A stretch of 57,823 nt of DNA from Candidatus Nomurabacteria bacterium (lineage in GTDB: Bacteria > Patescibacteriota > Minisyncoccia > Phycocordibacterales > UBA9973): the NCBI GenBank assembly GCA_003155695.1, contig PMDZ01000004.1:51257-109079 (forward strand), given 5' to 3'. The position numbers and the translations under genes were made by a program. The notes below the pieces were generated by a model that was not told the DNA's origin, ran no database searches, and saw only the letters and a list, made by a program, of their open reading frames with translations. How positions within the stretch are numbered: the first letter of the stretch is position 1; each line of letters begins with the position of its first letter. Shown here in pieces: positions 44,169 through 55,781 of this stretch.

Positions 44169-45650
44169 ATGAAAAAAACAATTAAAACCGCTTTAATCTC
44201 TGTCTACAACAAAGATGGGCTCGAGCTGATAGTTAAATTATTAAATGAGAAGAAAATCAAAATAATTTCTACAGGTGGGACGGCAGATTTTATTCGTGCA
44301 CTTGATATCCCGGTCACAACAGTTGAAGAGATTACCAACTTCCCTTCTGTCTTCGGCGGACGAGTGAAAACTTTGCAACCACAAATTTTCGGCGGAATCT
44401 TGAATCGTCGAGATAATGCCGACGACCAAAAAGAAAAAAATAAATATAATATTGCTGACATCGATTTGGTTATTGTCGATTTATATCCATTTGAAGAAAC
44501 TCTTGCTTCCGGTGCGCCCGATGATGAGATTATCGAAAAAATCGATATCGGTGGAATTTCACTTATCCGAGCCGGAGCCAAAAATTTCAATGATGTCGTC
44601 ATTATTCCATCGAAAAATGAATATGCTTACATTACGGAAATTCTTAGTCGGGGAAATGAAACAACCAACGAAGAAAGGAAACATCTGGCTGGTTGCGCCT
44701 TTCAAGTTACAAGCCAATATGATTTCGCTATCCGAGGATACTTCGAGGGAAATAAACTTCGTTATGGCGAAAATCCTCATCAAAGCGGGATGTTTATAGG
44801 GAACATTGACGACTCATGGCAACAACTTCATGGGAAAGAAATGTCATACAATAATTTTCTTGATACCGAAGCGGCCATAAATCTTGTGAATGATTTTGCC
44901 GACCCGGCTTTTGCGATTATTAAACATATGAATGCTTGCGGATTTGCTATCGACCCCGATATCACCGTTGCATTCCAGAAAGCTTATGATGGAGACCCTG
45001 TTTCAGCTTTCGGTGGAATCTTGGCTTCAAACAGAATAATTACAAAAGAAATTACCGAAAAAATCCGCGAAAAAAAACTTTTTGTTGAAGTAATTATCGC
45101 TCCGAATTTTGAAAAAGAAGCATATGAGATTTTGGAACAAAAGAAAGATATCAGAATTTTGAAATGGAAAAATCCCGTACTTCCCAAACAGCAACACCGC
45201 ACTTGTCTTACCGGTATCCTTGTTCAAGATCGTGATACCAGAGTTGAAAAGAAAGAGGATTTAAAATGTGTGACTAAAAGACAGCCGACAAAAGAAGAAA
45301 CGAATGATATGTTAACCGCCAATACAATAGTCAAACATTTGAAATCAAATTCTATCGCTATTGTCAAAAATGCTCAATTACTGACGATGGGTTGCGGACA
45401 AACTTCAAGAATTGATGCTCTTAAACAATCGTTGGAAAAGGCAAAAAATTTCGGTTTCGATGTCCACGGTGCAGTTGTGGCCTCGGAAGCATTTCTTCCT
45501 TTCAATGACTGCGTCGAAGTAGCCGGAACCGCGGGCATAACAGCCGTAATTCAACCAGGCGGTTCAAAAGGCGACCAATCCTCCATAGACAAATGCGACG
45601 AACTTGGTATGGCTATGGTCTTTACCGGATTTCGTCATTTTAAACATTAA
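44169..45650 (+). CDS. purH: bifunctional AICAR transformylase / IMP cyclohydrolase
   Basis: ALISVYNKDGL...STGGTA (MGS-like domain) and C-terminal AICARFT domain ending FRHF. Confidence 0.93.
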   Translation: MKKTIKTALISVYNKDGLELIVKLLNEKKIKIISTGGTADFIRALDIPVTTVEEITNFPSVFGGRVKTLQPQIFGGILNRRDNADDQKEKNKYNIADIDLVIVDLYPFEETLASGAPDDEIIEKIDIGGISLIRAGAKNFNDVVIIPSKNEYAYITEILSRGNETTNEERKHLAGCAFQVTSQYDFAIRGYFEGNKLRYGENPHQSGMFIGNIDDSWQQLHGKEMSYNNFLDTEAAINLVNDFADPAFAIIKHMNACGFAIDPDITVAFQKAYDGDPVSAFGGILASNRIITKEITEKIREKKLFVEVIIAPNFEKEAYEILEQKKDIRILKWKNPVLPKQQHRTCLTGILVQDRDTRVEKKEDLKCVTKRQPTKEETNDMLTANTIVKHLKSNSIAIVKNAQLLTMGCGQTSRIDALKQSLEKAKNFGFDVHGAVVASEAFLPFNDCVEVAGTAGITAVIQPGGSKGDQSSIDKCDELGMAMVFTGFRHFKH

Positions 45651-45659
45651 TCGAAAAAA

Positions 45660-48338
45660 ATGAAAAAAAAGATAAAATCAGTACGCTTACCGAGTCATAT
45701 TTCACCAATTTCTTATAATCTCACAATTAGACCCGACTTGGAGTCTTTCACATTTTCCGGAAATGAAATAATTAAAATAAAAGTGGAAAAAGACACGAAC
45801 CAAATTACTCTCCATAGCAAAGATATAGATATCGAAACTGTAAGCATAAGTAGTAAGCAGAAAGTAGCAAGTAGTAAGGGAAAGAAAGATACGAAGCAAT
45901 TTGCAACAAAAATCACATACGATAAGGAAAAAGAGACAGTTACTTTTTATTTCAAAAATAAAATTCAAAAAGGACAAGGCGAACTTTCAATCGTTTTCAG
46001 TGGGATTATCAATGATAGTTTGCGAGGATTTTATAAAAGTAAATATGTGCTCGATGGTAAAGAAAAATATATTGCAACGACTCAGTTCGAGGCCACCGAT
46101 GCCAGGCGAGCATTCCCGTGTTTTGATGAACCAGAACACAAAGCCATATTTGAAATATCTCTCATTATATCCGAAAAACACACAGCAATTTCAAATACAT
46201 TACCAATTGATATTAAGGAACACAGTGCTGGATATAAGATTGTGTCATTTGCCCCCACTCCAAGGATGTCCACATATTTACTTGCTTTTATAATCGGAGA
46301 ATTTGAATATGTGAAAGGATATACCAAACTCGCTTCATCGGAAAGTAATTTGGGAGGTCCTCGGATGAGGGAGGACGAGGAGCCAGACCATCCCAAATCA
46401 CTTCCCGATTTCGCTCACCAAACTCTTGTCAGAGTTTTCACAACTGCCGGGAAAAAGCATCAGGCAAAATTTGCCCTTGAAGTCGCTATCAAATCACTGG
46501 AATTTTACAATAATTATTTTGATATTCCCTATCCACTTCCGACTCTCGACTTGGTCGCCATTCCCGATTTTGAAAGCGCCGCAATGGAAAACTGGGGAGC
46601 TGTGACTTTCCGCGAGACGGCCATACTTGTCGACGAAGAAAATACATCCCTTTCTAATAAACAGTGGGTCGCAATCGTTATCACCCACGAGTTGGCCCAT
46701 CAATGGTTCGGCAATTTGGTGACAATGAAATGGTGGACAGATTTGTGGCTAAACGAAGGATTTGCTTCTTATATGGAAACTTTTTGCGTCGATAAAATGT
46801 TTCCCGAATGGCATATGTGGGATTTATATTTAGCCGGCCGTTATACCCACGCTTTACGTCTTGATTCACTTTCCAATTCTCACCCAATAGAAATAAAAGT
46901 AAACCATCCCAATGAAATAAATGAAATATTTGATGAGGTCTCTTATGCCAAGGGTGGAGCAATGATAAGACAATTGTCGGAATATATCGGAGAAGATAAA
47001 TTCCGCGATGGCTTACATCACTATCTTAAGAAACATAGTTACAAAAATACCGACACCATCGACCTCTGGAAATCTTTCGAAAAAGTCAGTGGCAAACCGG
47101 TAAGTAAAATGATGTCTCTTTGGATCAAGGAAACTGGTTATCCGCTTGTGACTGTAACAAAAAGTAAAAATGAATTCTATTTATCACAAGAGAGATTTTT
47201 TTCAAGTAGGATTCAAGTTGAAAAATACAAAAAGTCGTCGAAGAAAAAACATTTATGGCCGATACCCATCAAATACGACACGAATAACGAAGTACTTCCG
47301 TTGTTAATGACGAAAAAATTTGCGACTCTTATCGGTACAACTATCGGAAAAGTAAACAAAGGCGAGGAAACATTCATGCGAGTGAAATACGACGATGAAA
47401 CACTCGAAAAACTGGCCGGCGAAGTCAGAAGTAAAACTCTTTCGACATCGGACCGGCTTGGTATAATCCGCGATTTGTTTTCTCTAGCCGAGGGCGGATA
47501 TGTTAAAACCGATGTTGCCCTTAAATTCGTTTTAAATTACAAGAACGAAACGGAATATATTGTTTGGAGTGAAATTGCCGGAGGTTTGGCTAAAATTTAT
47601 AATTTGATATCAAATGAAGATTTTATCTCTGAATATAAAACTTATGTTCTTTCCCTATTTTCGCCGTTAGCCGGGAAAATGGGATTCCAAAAAAGAGATG
47701 TTGAGAAACATTCTGATATTTTTTTAAGAAGTCTGGCCATATCCCAAGCGGCATTTTATGGAGATAAAAAAATAATTGAAAAAGCCGAAAAATTATTCAA
47801 GAGCGGGAAAGGGATTGATTCGGATATCCGTTCGGCTGTCTACAGAATCGTTGCCTCAAACGGTGGAGACAAAGAATGGAAACTTTTTGAGAAATTGTAT
47901 GCGGGAGAGAAATTACATGAAGAAAAAGAAAGGTTCGGTTACGCCCTTTGCTCGTTCAAAGATAAAACACTTCTAAAGAAAACACTTTCATTCATAATTT
48001 CCAATAATGTCAGAACTCAAGACGCTCCGCAAATGCTTGCTATGGTTTGGCAAAATACTAACGGCAGAGAAATCACTTGGAATTTCGTCAAAAGCAATTG
48101 GAAAATTCTCCTTAAAAAATATGGCGAAGGCGGGCATTTCCTGTCCCGTGTTATTTCTCCTTTGGGAAATCACACCAAGTTATCGGATTTGAAAGACGCC
48201 CAAAAATTCTTCGCTAAAAACCCCGCTCCCGGAGCCGAACGCACACTTACCCAAGCCTACGAAAAAATCGAATCCAACGCCGCCTGGTTTTCCGACGACA
48301 AAAAAATAATCAGAGATTGGCTAAATAAAAATTTCTAA
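45660..48338 (+). CDS. pepN: M1-family aminopeptidase N
   Basis: GAMENWG exopeptidase motif and HELAHQWFGNLVTMKWWTDLWLNEGFA zinc motif. Confidence 0.9.
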   Translation: MKKKIKSVRLPSHISPISYNLTIRPDLESFTFSGNEIIKIKVEKDTNQITLHSKDIDIETVSISSKQKVASSKGKKDTKQFATKITYDKEKETVTFYFKNKIQKGQGELSIVFSGIINDSLRGFYKSKYVLDGKEKYIATTQFEATDARRAFPCFDEPEHKAIFEISLIISEKHTAISNTLPIDIKEHSAGYKIVSFAPTPRMSTYLLAFIIGEFEYVKGYTKLASSESNLGGPRMREDEEPDHPKSLPDFAHQTLVRVFTTAGKKHQAKFALEVAIKSLEFYNNYFDIPYPLPTLDLVAIPDFESAAMENWGAVTFRETAILVDEENTSLSNKQWVAIVITHELAHQWFGNLVTMKWWTDLWLNEGFASYMETFCVDKMFPEWHMWDLYLAGRYTHALRLDSLSNSHPIEIKVNHPNEINEIFDEVSYAKGGAMIRQLSEYIGEDKFRDGLHHYLKKHSYKNTDTIDLWKSFEKVSGKPVSKMMSLWIKETGYPLVTVTKSKNEFYLSQERFFSSRIQVEKYKKSSKKKHLWPIPIKYDTNNEVLPLLMTKKFATLIGTTIGKVNKGEETFMRVKYDDETLEKLAGEVRSKTLSTSDRLGIIRDLFSLAEGGYVKTDVALKFVLNYKNETEYIVWSEIAGGLAKIYNLISNEDFISEYKTYVLSLFSPLAGKMGFQKRDVEKHSDIFLRSLAISQAAFYGDKKIIEKAEKLFKSGKGIDSDIRSAVYRIVASNGGDKEWKLFEKLYAGEKLHEEKERFGYALCSFKDKTLLKKTLSFIISNNVRTQDAPQMLAMVWQNTNGREITWNFVKSNWKILLKKYGEGGHFLSRVISPLGNHTKLSDLKDAQKFFAKNPAPGAERTLTQAYEKIESNAAWFSDDKKIIRDWLNKNF

Positions 48339-48340
48339 AA

Positions 48341-49027
48341 TTAGTGGATAAAAGTTTTACGGTGAATTGGAGTCTGCCCGTGCTTTTTGATTGCAGCATA
48401 ATGGTTGGCTGTTCCGTAACCGACATGACTGTCGAATCCATATTCGGGATAAATTTTAGCGTAGTTCATCATTATCCTATCTCGCGAAACTTTGGCCATT
48501 ATTGAAGCCATAGAAATAACTGGATGCAGTTCATCCCCTCTTATGATAGTTTCCTGATTTATGTATTCCACAGGAGCATGAAGTCCACCATCTAAAAAAA
48601 TTTGGTACGAAGCAAACGGAGAGAGCGAAACGGGACTTTCTAAATTTTCATCCGTGTAGGCCCCAGTACTCTGGGTAAAGCGGGGAAAATTTTGGAAGTC
48701 CCGTGAAGCGACTTCATCGAGTGATTTATTCAATGCCTTCTGAATACATTTAACAATTCCAAATTTATCAATATTCTCAGATGAGACAAAAGACACCGCA
48801 TAATCACAAAGACCGGCTCCCTTTGCATCTTTCAAATAATTAAACCAGGTCACCCGTTGTCTTTTGGTTAACTTTTTCGAATCTTTCAGTTTCGGCAATT
48901 TTTTATCAGTTGGATTGGTTGTGAAAGAACTATCCTTAATCACAAACGCACAAACCGCCACCGGCCCAGCTATTGGCCCCCGTCCAACTTCATCTATCCC
49001 TACAATATAATTCGTGCCAGTGTCCAT
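48341..49027 (-). CDS. rnhB: ribonuclease HII
   Basis: VGIDEVGRGPIAGPVAVCAF, DSKKLT, and C-terminal HRKTF. Confidence 0.9.
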   Translation of the reverse strand: MDTGTNYIVGIDEVGRGPIAGPVAVCAFVIKDSSFTTNPTDKKLPKLKDSKKLTKRQRVTWFNYLKDAKGAGLCDYAVSFVSSENIDKFGIVKCIQKALNKSLDEVASRDFQNFPRFTQSTGAYTDENLESPVSLSPFASYQIFLDGGLHAPVEYINQETIIRGDELHPVISMASIMAKVSRDRIMMNYAKIYPEYGFDSHVGYGTANHYAAIKKHGQTPIHRKTFIH

Positions 49028-49063
49028 ATAGAGCTATCATACCTTATTTGCTATACTAAGAAA

Positions 49064-52000
49064 ATGGAAATCGAACTCAATTCAAAGTTTATTCACCTTC
49101 ATACCCATTCTCACTATTCTCTACTTGATGGATTATCTAAAATCCCCGACATGATTAAAACTGCCAAGAAAAATAGGATGGATGCTCTGGCTATTACTGA
49201 CCACGGAAATATGTATGGAGCCATTGAGCTTTACAAAGAAGCTCAAAAAGCCGGAATAAAACCAATTATCGGAGTTGAAGCATACATTGCCGAACGTGGA
49301 AGGAAAGATAAAGAACCGGGGGTTGATAATAAAAGATACCACTTAACACTACTCGCCAAAAATAAACAAGGTTACAAAAATCTGATGCGTCTTGTTTCGA
49401 TTGCCAACATTGAAGGTTATTATTACAAACCTCGCATGGATAAAGAAATACTTCGCGAGTACAGCGGAGGGATTATATGTCTCTCTGGATGTATGGGCAG
49501 TGAACTTTCCCAAGCGGTCCTTGCCAACAATTCCGAAAAAGCCGGAACCCTAATCAAAGAGCACCAGGAAATTTTCGGCAAAGAAAATTATTTTCTTGAA
49601 ATTCACTCCCATCCCCATATTGAGAACGATAAAAAACTACGCGATGGAATCGCCCTCCTCGGAAAGAAATTCGGTATTCCAATTGTTGCCGGTCAGGACT
49701 CCCACTATTTATGCCAGGAAGACCATTTGGCTCATCACACACTTCTGGCTGTTAACACCGGCGGGAATGACAGCAAAGAAGGAACGGGACTTGAATTTTC
49801 AGAAGATGACTTTTCGTTGATTGACGAGAAAACCGCATTTGAATATTTTTCAGATTACAAAGAAGCCGTATCAAATACAAAATTGGTAGCCGATTCATGC
49901 GAAGAATATGACCTAGAACTTGGAAAAGCTTATTTCCCGGATTTTCCAATTCCTGATAACATAACTCCAGATGACATGCTTCGCGACTTGGCTTATAAAG
50001 GATTTGCTTTCCGAGAATTGCCCGAGACAAAAGAATACACAGATAGATTGGAATATGAGCTGAAAATAATTAAACAAAAAGGTTATCCGACCTATCTTCT
50101 AGTCGTTGGGGATTTGCTCCGCTTTGCTCGTGAGAACGAAATATATACGAATATTCGAGGATCTGTCGCTGGATCACTGACAACTTACCTTATCGGGATT
50201 ACGAATGTTGACCCGATTGATTACAAACTACCGTTTGAAAGATTCTTAAACCCGGAACGTCCATCACTTCCAGATATTGATATGGACTTTGCCGATAATA
50301 GACGTGATGAGATTATCGCCTACACAAAGCGTAAATACGGCGAAGATAAAGTCGCCCAAGTTGGAACATTCGGCACAATGATGGCTAGAGGTTCGGTCCG
50401 AGATGTCGCTCGAGCACTCGGTTATCCATACAATATTGGCGACCGAATTTCAAACATGATACCACTTGGTTCTCAAGGAATGCCAATGACTATTGACAAT
50501 GCAATGAAAATTGTACCTGAGCTGAAGGATGCTTACAAAAATGAACCTGACACAAAAAGAATAATTGACTTGGCAAAAAAAATGGAAGGGTGTGTCCGAC
50601 ATATTTCCGTCCACGCCGCCGGAGTCGTTATCGCACCGAAGCCACTATATGAATTCTCCCCCATTCAATACGACCCAAAAGGTGGCAACATCATTACTCA
50701 ATACGACATGTATAGCATTGAAGATGCCGGGTTGCCGAAATTTGATTTCCTCGGAATCAGAAACTTGGCGATACTGGCTCTAGCGGTTAAATTGGTCAAA
50801 AAAATACACAATGTCATTATCGATATCAATAAGATACCTCTTAATGACAAGAAAACTTTCGAGATTCTCGCTCGTGGAGAGACGATGGGCTTATTCCAAT
50901 TGAATGGCTCCGGTATGACCCACTATTTAAAAGAACTTAAACCAACAACCATTCACGATATCAATGCTATGGTCGCCCTTTATCGCCCAGGACCGATCCA
51001 ATTCATACCTCTGTACATTGAACGCAAACACAATGCAAAACTTATCAAATATTTAGACCCGGCCCTTGAACCGATTCTCAAACAGACTTATGGAGTGCTC
51101 GTTTACCAAGATGATTTGTTATTAATTGCCATCAACATTGCCGGATATAGTTGGGGAGAAGCCGACAAATTCCGTAAAGCTGTAGGCAAGAAAATTCCCG
51201 AGGAAATGGCCAAGCAGAAAGACCACTTTATCAGTGGTGCGGTAGAACACAGTAAATGGCCACTTAAAAAAGCCACAGAACTTTGGAATCAAATTGAACC
51301 ATTTGCCGCTTATGGGTTCAACAAAGCTCACTCGGCTAGTTATGGGCGAGTCGCTTATCAGACAGCATATATGAAAGCAAACTATCCCGTCGAATATATG
51401 ACCGCAGTTATGACTTCCGAATCAGGCGATATAGAGAAAGTGGCGGAAATTGTCCACGAATGCCAAAAAATGAACATAAATATTTTGCCGCCAAATATAA
51501 ATGAAAGTTTCGGTGGGTTTACGGTCATTGGTGGAAGCGATAAAGCAACGGGTAGAACCATTCGTTTCGGGCTTTACACGATTAAAAATTTGGGAACCGA
51601 TATTGCCGACGCGATCATTGAAGATCGCAAACAAAAAGGTAAATTCAAATCGCTGGCCGATTTCTTTGAACGAATCAATAATAAAAATTTGAATAAAAAA
51701 TCGGTAGAAGCCCTGGCCAAATCCGGGGCAATGGATGACCTGGCCGAGAGAAATATGATTGTCGGCAACCTTGAAACACTTTTATCTTTTAATAAAGAAA
51801 CAAAAGGTTCACAAAGTCAGGATTCCCTTTTCGGCTCAATTGGTGGAATAGAAGTGAAATTGTCATTATCACCGATGGCTGAAGCGACAATAAAAGAAAA
51901 ACTTACTTGGGAAAAAGAATTACTTGGGTTGTACATTTCCGGGCATCCTCTCAGCGCTTATAAAGAAAGAATTGAGAAATCTGGAACTCTGATTAAAAAA

Positions 52001-52267
52001 ATCCAAACCGAAACGAAAGTAAATACGCAAGTGACCGTCGCAGCGATTATTGATGATGTCCGAATTGTCACTACCAAAAATAATACCCGCATGGCCTTTA
52101 TTAAACTCTCCGACTTTAGCGGAACAATCGAAGCTGTTGTCTTTGCCAAACTCTTTGAGACAACAAAAGACCTCTTGTTGAAAGATACAATCATTGCCTT
52201 GAAAGGTAAAGTCACGGAACGCAACGGCGAGAAAAGTCTGATGATTGAGAGCTTAAAGGTAATATAG
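49064..52267 (+). CDS. dnaE: DNA polymerase III alpha subunit
   Basis: PHP domain FIHLHTHSHYSLLDG, PDIDMDF, HAAGVVI, and C-terminal OB fold. Confidence 0.96.
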   Translation: MEIELNSKFIHLHTHSHYSLLDGLSKIPDMIKTAKKNRMDALAITDHGNMYGAIELYKEAQKAGIKPIIGVEAYIAERGRKDKEPGVDNKRYHLTLLAKNKQGYKNLMRLVSIANIEGYYYKPRMDKEILREYSGGIICLSGCMGSELSQAVLANNSEKAGTLIKEHQEIFGKENYFLEIHSHPHIENDKKLRDGIALLGKKFGIPIVAGQDSHYLCQEDHLAHHTLLAVNTGGNDSKEGTGLEFSEDDFSLIDEKTAFEYFSDYKEAVSNTKLVADSCEEYDLELGKAYFPDFPIPDNITPDDMLRDLAYKGFAFRELPETKEYTDRLEYELKIIKQKGYPTYLLVVGDLLRFARENEIYTNIRGSVAGSLTTYLIGITNVDPIDYKLPFERFLNPERPSLPDIDMDFADNRRDEIIAYTKRKYGEDKVAQVGTFGTMMARGSVRDVARALGYPYNIGDRISNMIPLGSQGMPMTIDNAMKIVPELKDAYKNEPDTKRIIDLAKKMEGCVRHISVHAAGVVIAPKPLYEFSPIQYDPKGGNIITQYDMYSIEDAGLPKFDFLGIRNLAILALAVKLVKKIHNVIIDINKIPLNDKKTFEILARGETMGLFQLNGSGMTHYLKELKPTTIHDINAMVALYRPGPIQFIPLYIERKHNAKLIKYLDPALEPILKQTYGVLVYQDDLLLIAINIAGYSWGEADKFRKAVGKKIPEEMAKQKDHFISGAVEHSKWPLKKATELWNQIEPFAAYGFNKAHSASYGRVAYQTAYMKANYPVEYMTAVMTSESGDIEKVAEIVHECQKMNINILPPNINESFGGFTVIGGSDKATGRTIRFGLYTIKNLGTDIADAIIEDRKQKGKFKSLADFFERINNKNLNKKSVEALAKSGAMDDLAERNMIVGNLETLLSFNKETKGSQSQDSLFGSIGGIEVKLSLSPMAEATIKEKLTWEKELLGLYISGHPLSAYKERIEKSGTLIKKIQTETKVNTQVTVAAIIDDVRIVTTKNNTRMAFIKLSDFSGTIEAVVFAKLFETTKDLLLKDTIIALKGKVTERNGEKSLMIESLKVI

Positions 52268-52298
52268 AAAACTCCCCGGCCTAGGCCGGGGAGTTTTC
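52267..52298. terminator. bidirectional intrinsic terminator
   Basis: GAAAACTCCCCGGCC-TA-GGCCGGGGAGTTTTC, a perfect 15-bp stem. Confidence 0.85.
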
Positions 52299-52307
52299 TT
52301 ATTAATA

Positions 52308-52910
52308 TTAAATTATTTCATTTCCGTCATCACTGATTTTCTTCATTATTTTCGTTACCTGTTTTGGATAGCTAGGTATGACAGAATTATATTTTCTTAA
52401 AATTCCCAAAGTGGTTTTATTGTCGTAGTGACGAGCCGTACTTGGATTATTACCTCCTAGACTGTGGGCAACAATTTCTATTGAATCATCAATCGAATTA
52501 AAACTCATCTTACACGAGCCATAACCAAAGACACTATTCGAAACTCTTTTACATGCATGGATGCCTCCGGTTGATTCTCGCATAGCTATAGCTGGGAGAA
52601 GTCTCCAGTCAATATCATTCTTCTCGGCTTCAATCACAAACTTCATACCGTGACCGGCAAGCGGAGTATCATATTTGGCAAAATATGCATCAATGGCCTC
52701 TGCTTTTTCTTTTCGTCCAGCTTCTAATTCAGCTTGTTCGTTACGAGCTACTTCTTCTTGTGTTATTATCACAGAATTTTCGTTCGTAATGCTATTGTTA
52801 CTTACTTCAGTCAAACTTGGGATAGAAACCCCGGAAAGAGGCATTGCTATCGCAAGCATCGGAATCGCCACAATTGACTGCAAGTAACTTACTATTTTTT
52901 GTTTATTCAT
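52308..52910 (-). CDS. secreted protein, possible lysozyme-like / peptidoglycan hydrolase
   Basis: Signal peptide. LLPAIAMRESTGG is reminiscent of the transglycosylase catalytic Glu-Ser motif. Weak. Confidence 0.35.
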   Translation of the reverse strand: MNKQKIVSYLQSIVAIPMLAIAMPLSGVSIPSLTEVSNNSITNENSVIITQEEVARNEQAELEAGRKEKAEAIDAYFAKYDTPLAGHGMKFVIEAEKNDIDWRLLPAIAMRESTGGIHACKRVSNSVFGYGSCKMSFNSIDDSIEIVAHSLGGNNPSTARHYDNKTTLGILRKYNSVIPSYPKQVTKIMKKISDDGNEII

Positions 52911-53258
52911 ATTCAGTGGTTACGCTCCACCAAACGAGCTTGTTGGGTTAGTCTGAGCTAATATAAAACATATCAACTTGCCCAAACTAAAAAATTCCTT
53001 ATATATCATCAGATTAACGACATACTTGGAATCCCTTGTATAGTAGCACAATGTACTATAAAAGTCAATAGTTATAACATAATTTTCACTCCCGTCAAAT
53101 ACAAAAAATCCTTATTTTATAAGGCTTATTTGTGATTTATTAATTGACAATTAATAGGATAATATGTCATTATTCGCCTTAAAAATAGACCTCTAAGCAA
53201 ATTTTTGACAAATCCCCCCTTCTGTCCTGTAAGTAGTCATATTTTACAACGATATATG

Positions 53259-55763
53259 TTATATATCTTTCCCGTGACAGTGTTTATATTTCTTGCCACT
53301 TCCACAGAAACATGGGTCATTGCGACCTATCTTTTTTGTTTCTCTTTTAATTGTTCCGGGGGTATTGGCGCCATCGGAAGAACTTAAAATCAGTGCCGGA
53401 CGGGCTTCGATGATTTCTTCCTGTTTGACATTCGTTTTATTCTCTTTAACCCCAGCGTTGATAGTGTTAATTAACGAGAATACTTGTTCTTTGAAATTCG
53501 CCTCCATCTCCCTGAACAATCGCAAACCTTCTTTCTTGTATTCAACCAGAGGTTCACGTTGCCCATAAGCACGCAAGTTCACCGAGCTTCTAGTGTGCTC
53601 CATGGTCTCCAGGTGTTCTACCCATAATGTATCGGTCGAGTAAAGTGCAATGCGACGAACAGTCTCAAAAAACAAAGTGTCCCCTAGGGCAGCCCGCTTT
53701 TCTTTGATAATTTCTTCCAGAGAGGGATATTCGACAACCAATCCATTAAGAAAACTCTGTATTTCATTATAATCGCCCGAGAGCATAATTCGGCGACGTT
53801 CATAGATGACTTTACGCTGGTGATTCATGACATCATCGTACTCAAGAGTGTGTTTTCGGGAATCAAAATGGAAACCTTCGATTTTAGCCTGGGCATTTTC
53901 GAGTGTATTTGATATGAAACTATTATCTATCGGTTGGTCTTCAGGAACTCCAAGCTTACCCATCATGGATTTGATACGGTCCGAACCGAAAATACGCATT
54001 AGATCATCTTCAAGTGAGACATAGAACTCTGTTGCTCCCGGGTCACCCTGACGTCCAGAACGTCCACGAAGTTGGTTGTCAATTCGGCGGGCTTCGTGAC
54101 GCTCGGTTCCAATAACAAACAAACCACCGAGAGCTTTGACCTCTTCATATTTTTCTTTATCAAATGGAACTCCCCCTAATTTAATATCCACTCCACGGCC
54201 AGCCATATTCGTCGCTACTGTCACCGCTCCCAATCGTCCAGCGTTAGCGATAATTTCTCCTTCCCTTTCGTGATTCTTGGCATTGAGCACGGTATGGGGA
54301 ATTCCAGCTTGGGTCAGATATGCCGAAAGAAGTTCGTTCTTCTCGATTGAAACCGTACCGATTAGAACTGGTTGACCCTTTTGATTAAGCTCTTTGACCA
54401 TCGCAGCTACGGCCAATAATTTACTTTTTTCCGTTTGATAAATTAAATCATTGTAATCTTTTCGATTTATTTGGCGGTGAGTCGGCACAACAACAACATC
54501 CAGTCCATAGACCTTGAGGAATTCTTCTTTGGAAGTTTCGGCGGTTCCGGTCATTCCCGAGAGCTTTTTATAAAATCTGAAATAGTTCTGGAAAGTAATC
54601 GAGGCGACAGCAATTGTTTCTTTCTCGATTTTAACCCCTTCTTTGGCCTCAATAGCTTGATGCAAACCTTCACTCCAACGACGACCAGGCTGAAGTCGCC
54701 CGGTAAAAGCGTCAACAATAATAACTTCCCCGTCTTTGACAACATAGTCTTTATTGTTTTCATACAAAGCTCGAGCTTTGACAGCCGTTTCCAGATGGTG
54801 GACATATTTTATTCCTTTCTCGGTGTAAATGTCGTGCATACCAAGCAAATCCTCCGCCAAAGTTATACCATGGTCGGTAAGTGATATTGCTCGAAGCTTT
54901 TCATCCACCGTGTAATCTTCTTCCGGTTTTAATTTTTTGGCTATGTCGGCAAAAGTATAATACAAATCTTCACTATCTTCGGCTTGCGACGAAATAATAA
55001 GAGGTGTACGTGATTCGTCAATAAGAATGGAGTCCACCTCGTCGACGATAGCGTAATAATGCCCTCTTTGAACAATTTCATTAATATTGTGAGCCAAATT
55101 GTCGCGAAGATAATCAAAGCCAAATTCATTATTTGTTCCATAAGTTACATCGGCTGCATATGCTTCGCGACGGGTGCAAGGTCTAAGACATTCATATAAT
55201 ACTTTAAAAGATTCTAATCCAGTACCCTCTTTCTCCTCTTCCTTTTCTTCTCTACTAATATGAGCTGGATCATAGATGTATGAAGTGTTCTGTGAATTTA
55301 CAACTCCGACGCTAACTCCGAGCATGGCAAAAACCGGACCCATCCAAACCGCGTCACGTCGTGAAAGATAATCGTTGACTGTCACAATGTGAACACCAAG
55401 ACCAGTCAAGGAATTCAAATACGCCGGAAGTGTTGCCACTAAAGTTTTACCTTCACCGGTTCGCATCTCGGTAATGTTTCCTCTGTGTATAGCTATACCT
55501 CCGATAAGTTGCACATCATAATGGCGTTCATTGTGAGTTCGGAACGAAGATTCACGAACCATAGCAAAAGCTTCCGGAAGTAAATCATCAATATCCGCAC
55601 CATCTTTTAATTTTAATTTGAGCTCTTCAGTTTTTGTTTTGAAATCGGCATCGGAAAGAGACTTAATCTTGGATTCTAAACCGTTTATCTGTTCCACTTG
55701 CGGAGCCCATTTCTTTATAAGCCTATTGCTCTCTGTTCCTATAATACTATCTAATATACTCAT
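53259..55763 (-). CDS. secA: preprotein translocase ATPase SecA
   Basis: 834 aa. MRTGEGKTLVATL, DEVDSILIDE, and C-terminal zinc finger CFCGSGKKYKHCHG. Confidence 0.97.
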   Translation of the reverse strand: MSILDSIIGTESNRLIKKWAPQVEQINGLESKIKSLSDADFKTKTEELKLKLKDGADIDDLLPEAFAMVRESSFRTHNERHYDVQLIGGIAIHRGNITEMRTGEGKTLVATLPAYLNSLTGLGVHIVTVNDYLSRRDAVWMGPVFAMLGVSVGVVNSQNTSYIYDPAHISREEKEEEKEGTGLESFKVLYECLRPCTRREAYAADVTYGTNNEFGFDYLRDNLAHNINEIVQRGHYYAIVDEVDSILIDESRTPLIISSQAEDSEDLYYTFADIAKKLKPEEDYTVDEKLRAISLTDHGITLAEDLLGMHDIYTEKGIKYVHHLETAVKARALYENNKDYVVKDGEVIIVDAFTGRLQPGRRWSEGLHQAIEAKEGVKIEKETIAVASITFQNYFRFYKKLSGMTGTAETSKEEFLKVYGLDVVVVPTHRQINRKDYNDLIYQTEKSKLLAVAAMVKELNQKGQPVLIGTVSIEKNELLSAYLTQAGIPHTVLNAKNHEREGEIIANAGRLGAVTVATNMAGRGVDIKLGGVPFDKEKYEEVKALGGLFVIGTERHEARRIDNQLRGRSGRQGDPGATEFYVSLEDDLMRIFGSDRIKSMMGKLGVPEDQPIDNSFISNTLENAQAKIEGFHFDSRKHTLEYDDVMNHQRKVIYERRRIMLSGDYNEIQSFLNGLVVEYPSLEEIIKEKRAALGDTLFFETVRRIALYSTDTLWVEHLETMEHTRSSVNLRAYGQREPLVEYKKEGLRLFREMEANFKEQVFSLINTINAGVKENKTNVKQEEIIEARPALILSSSDGANTPGTIKRETKKIGRNDPCFCGSGKKYKHCHGKDI

Positions 55764-55781
55764 ATATTTCCCTATTTTAGC

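Noticed and set aside
44169-45650. purH as an 'orphan' purine-synthesis gene in a reduced genome
   Set aside because: This cannot be judged from a 58-kb window; the other pur genes may lie elsewhere.
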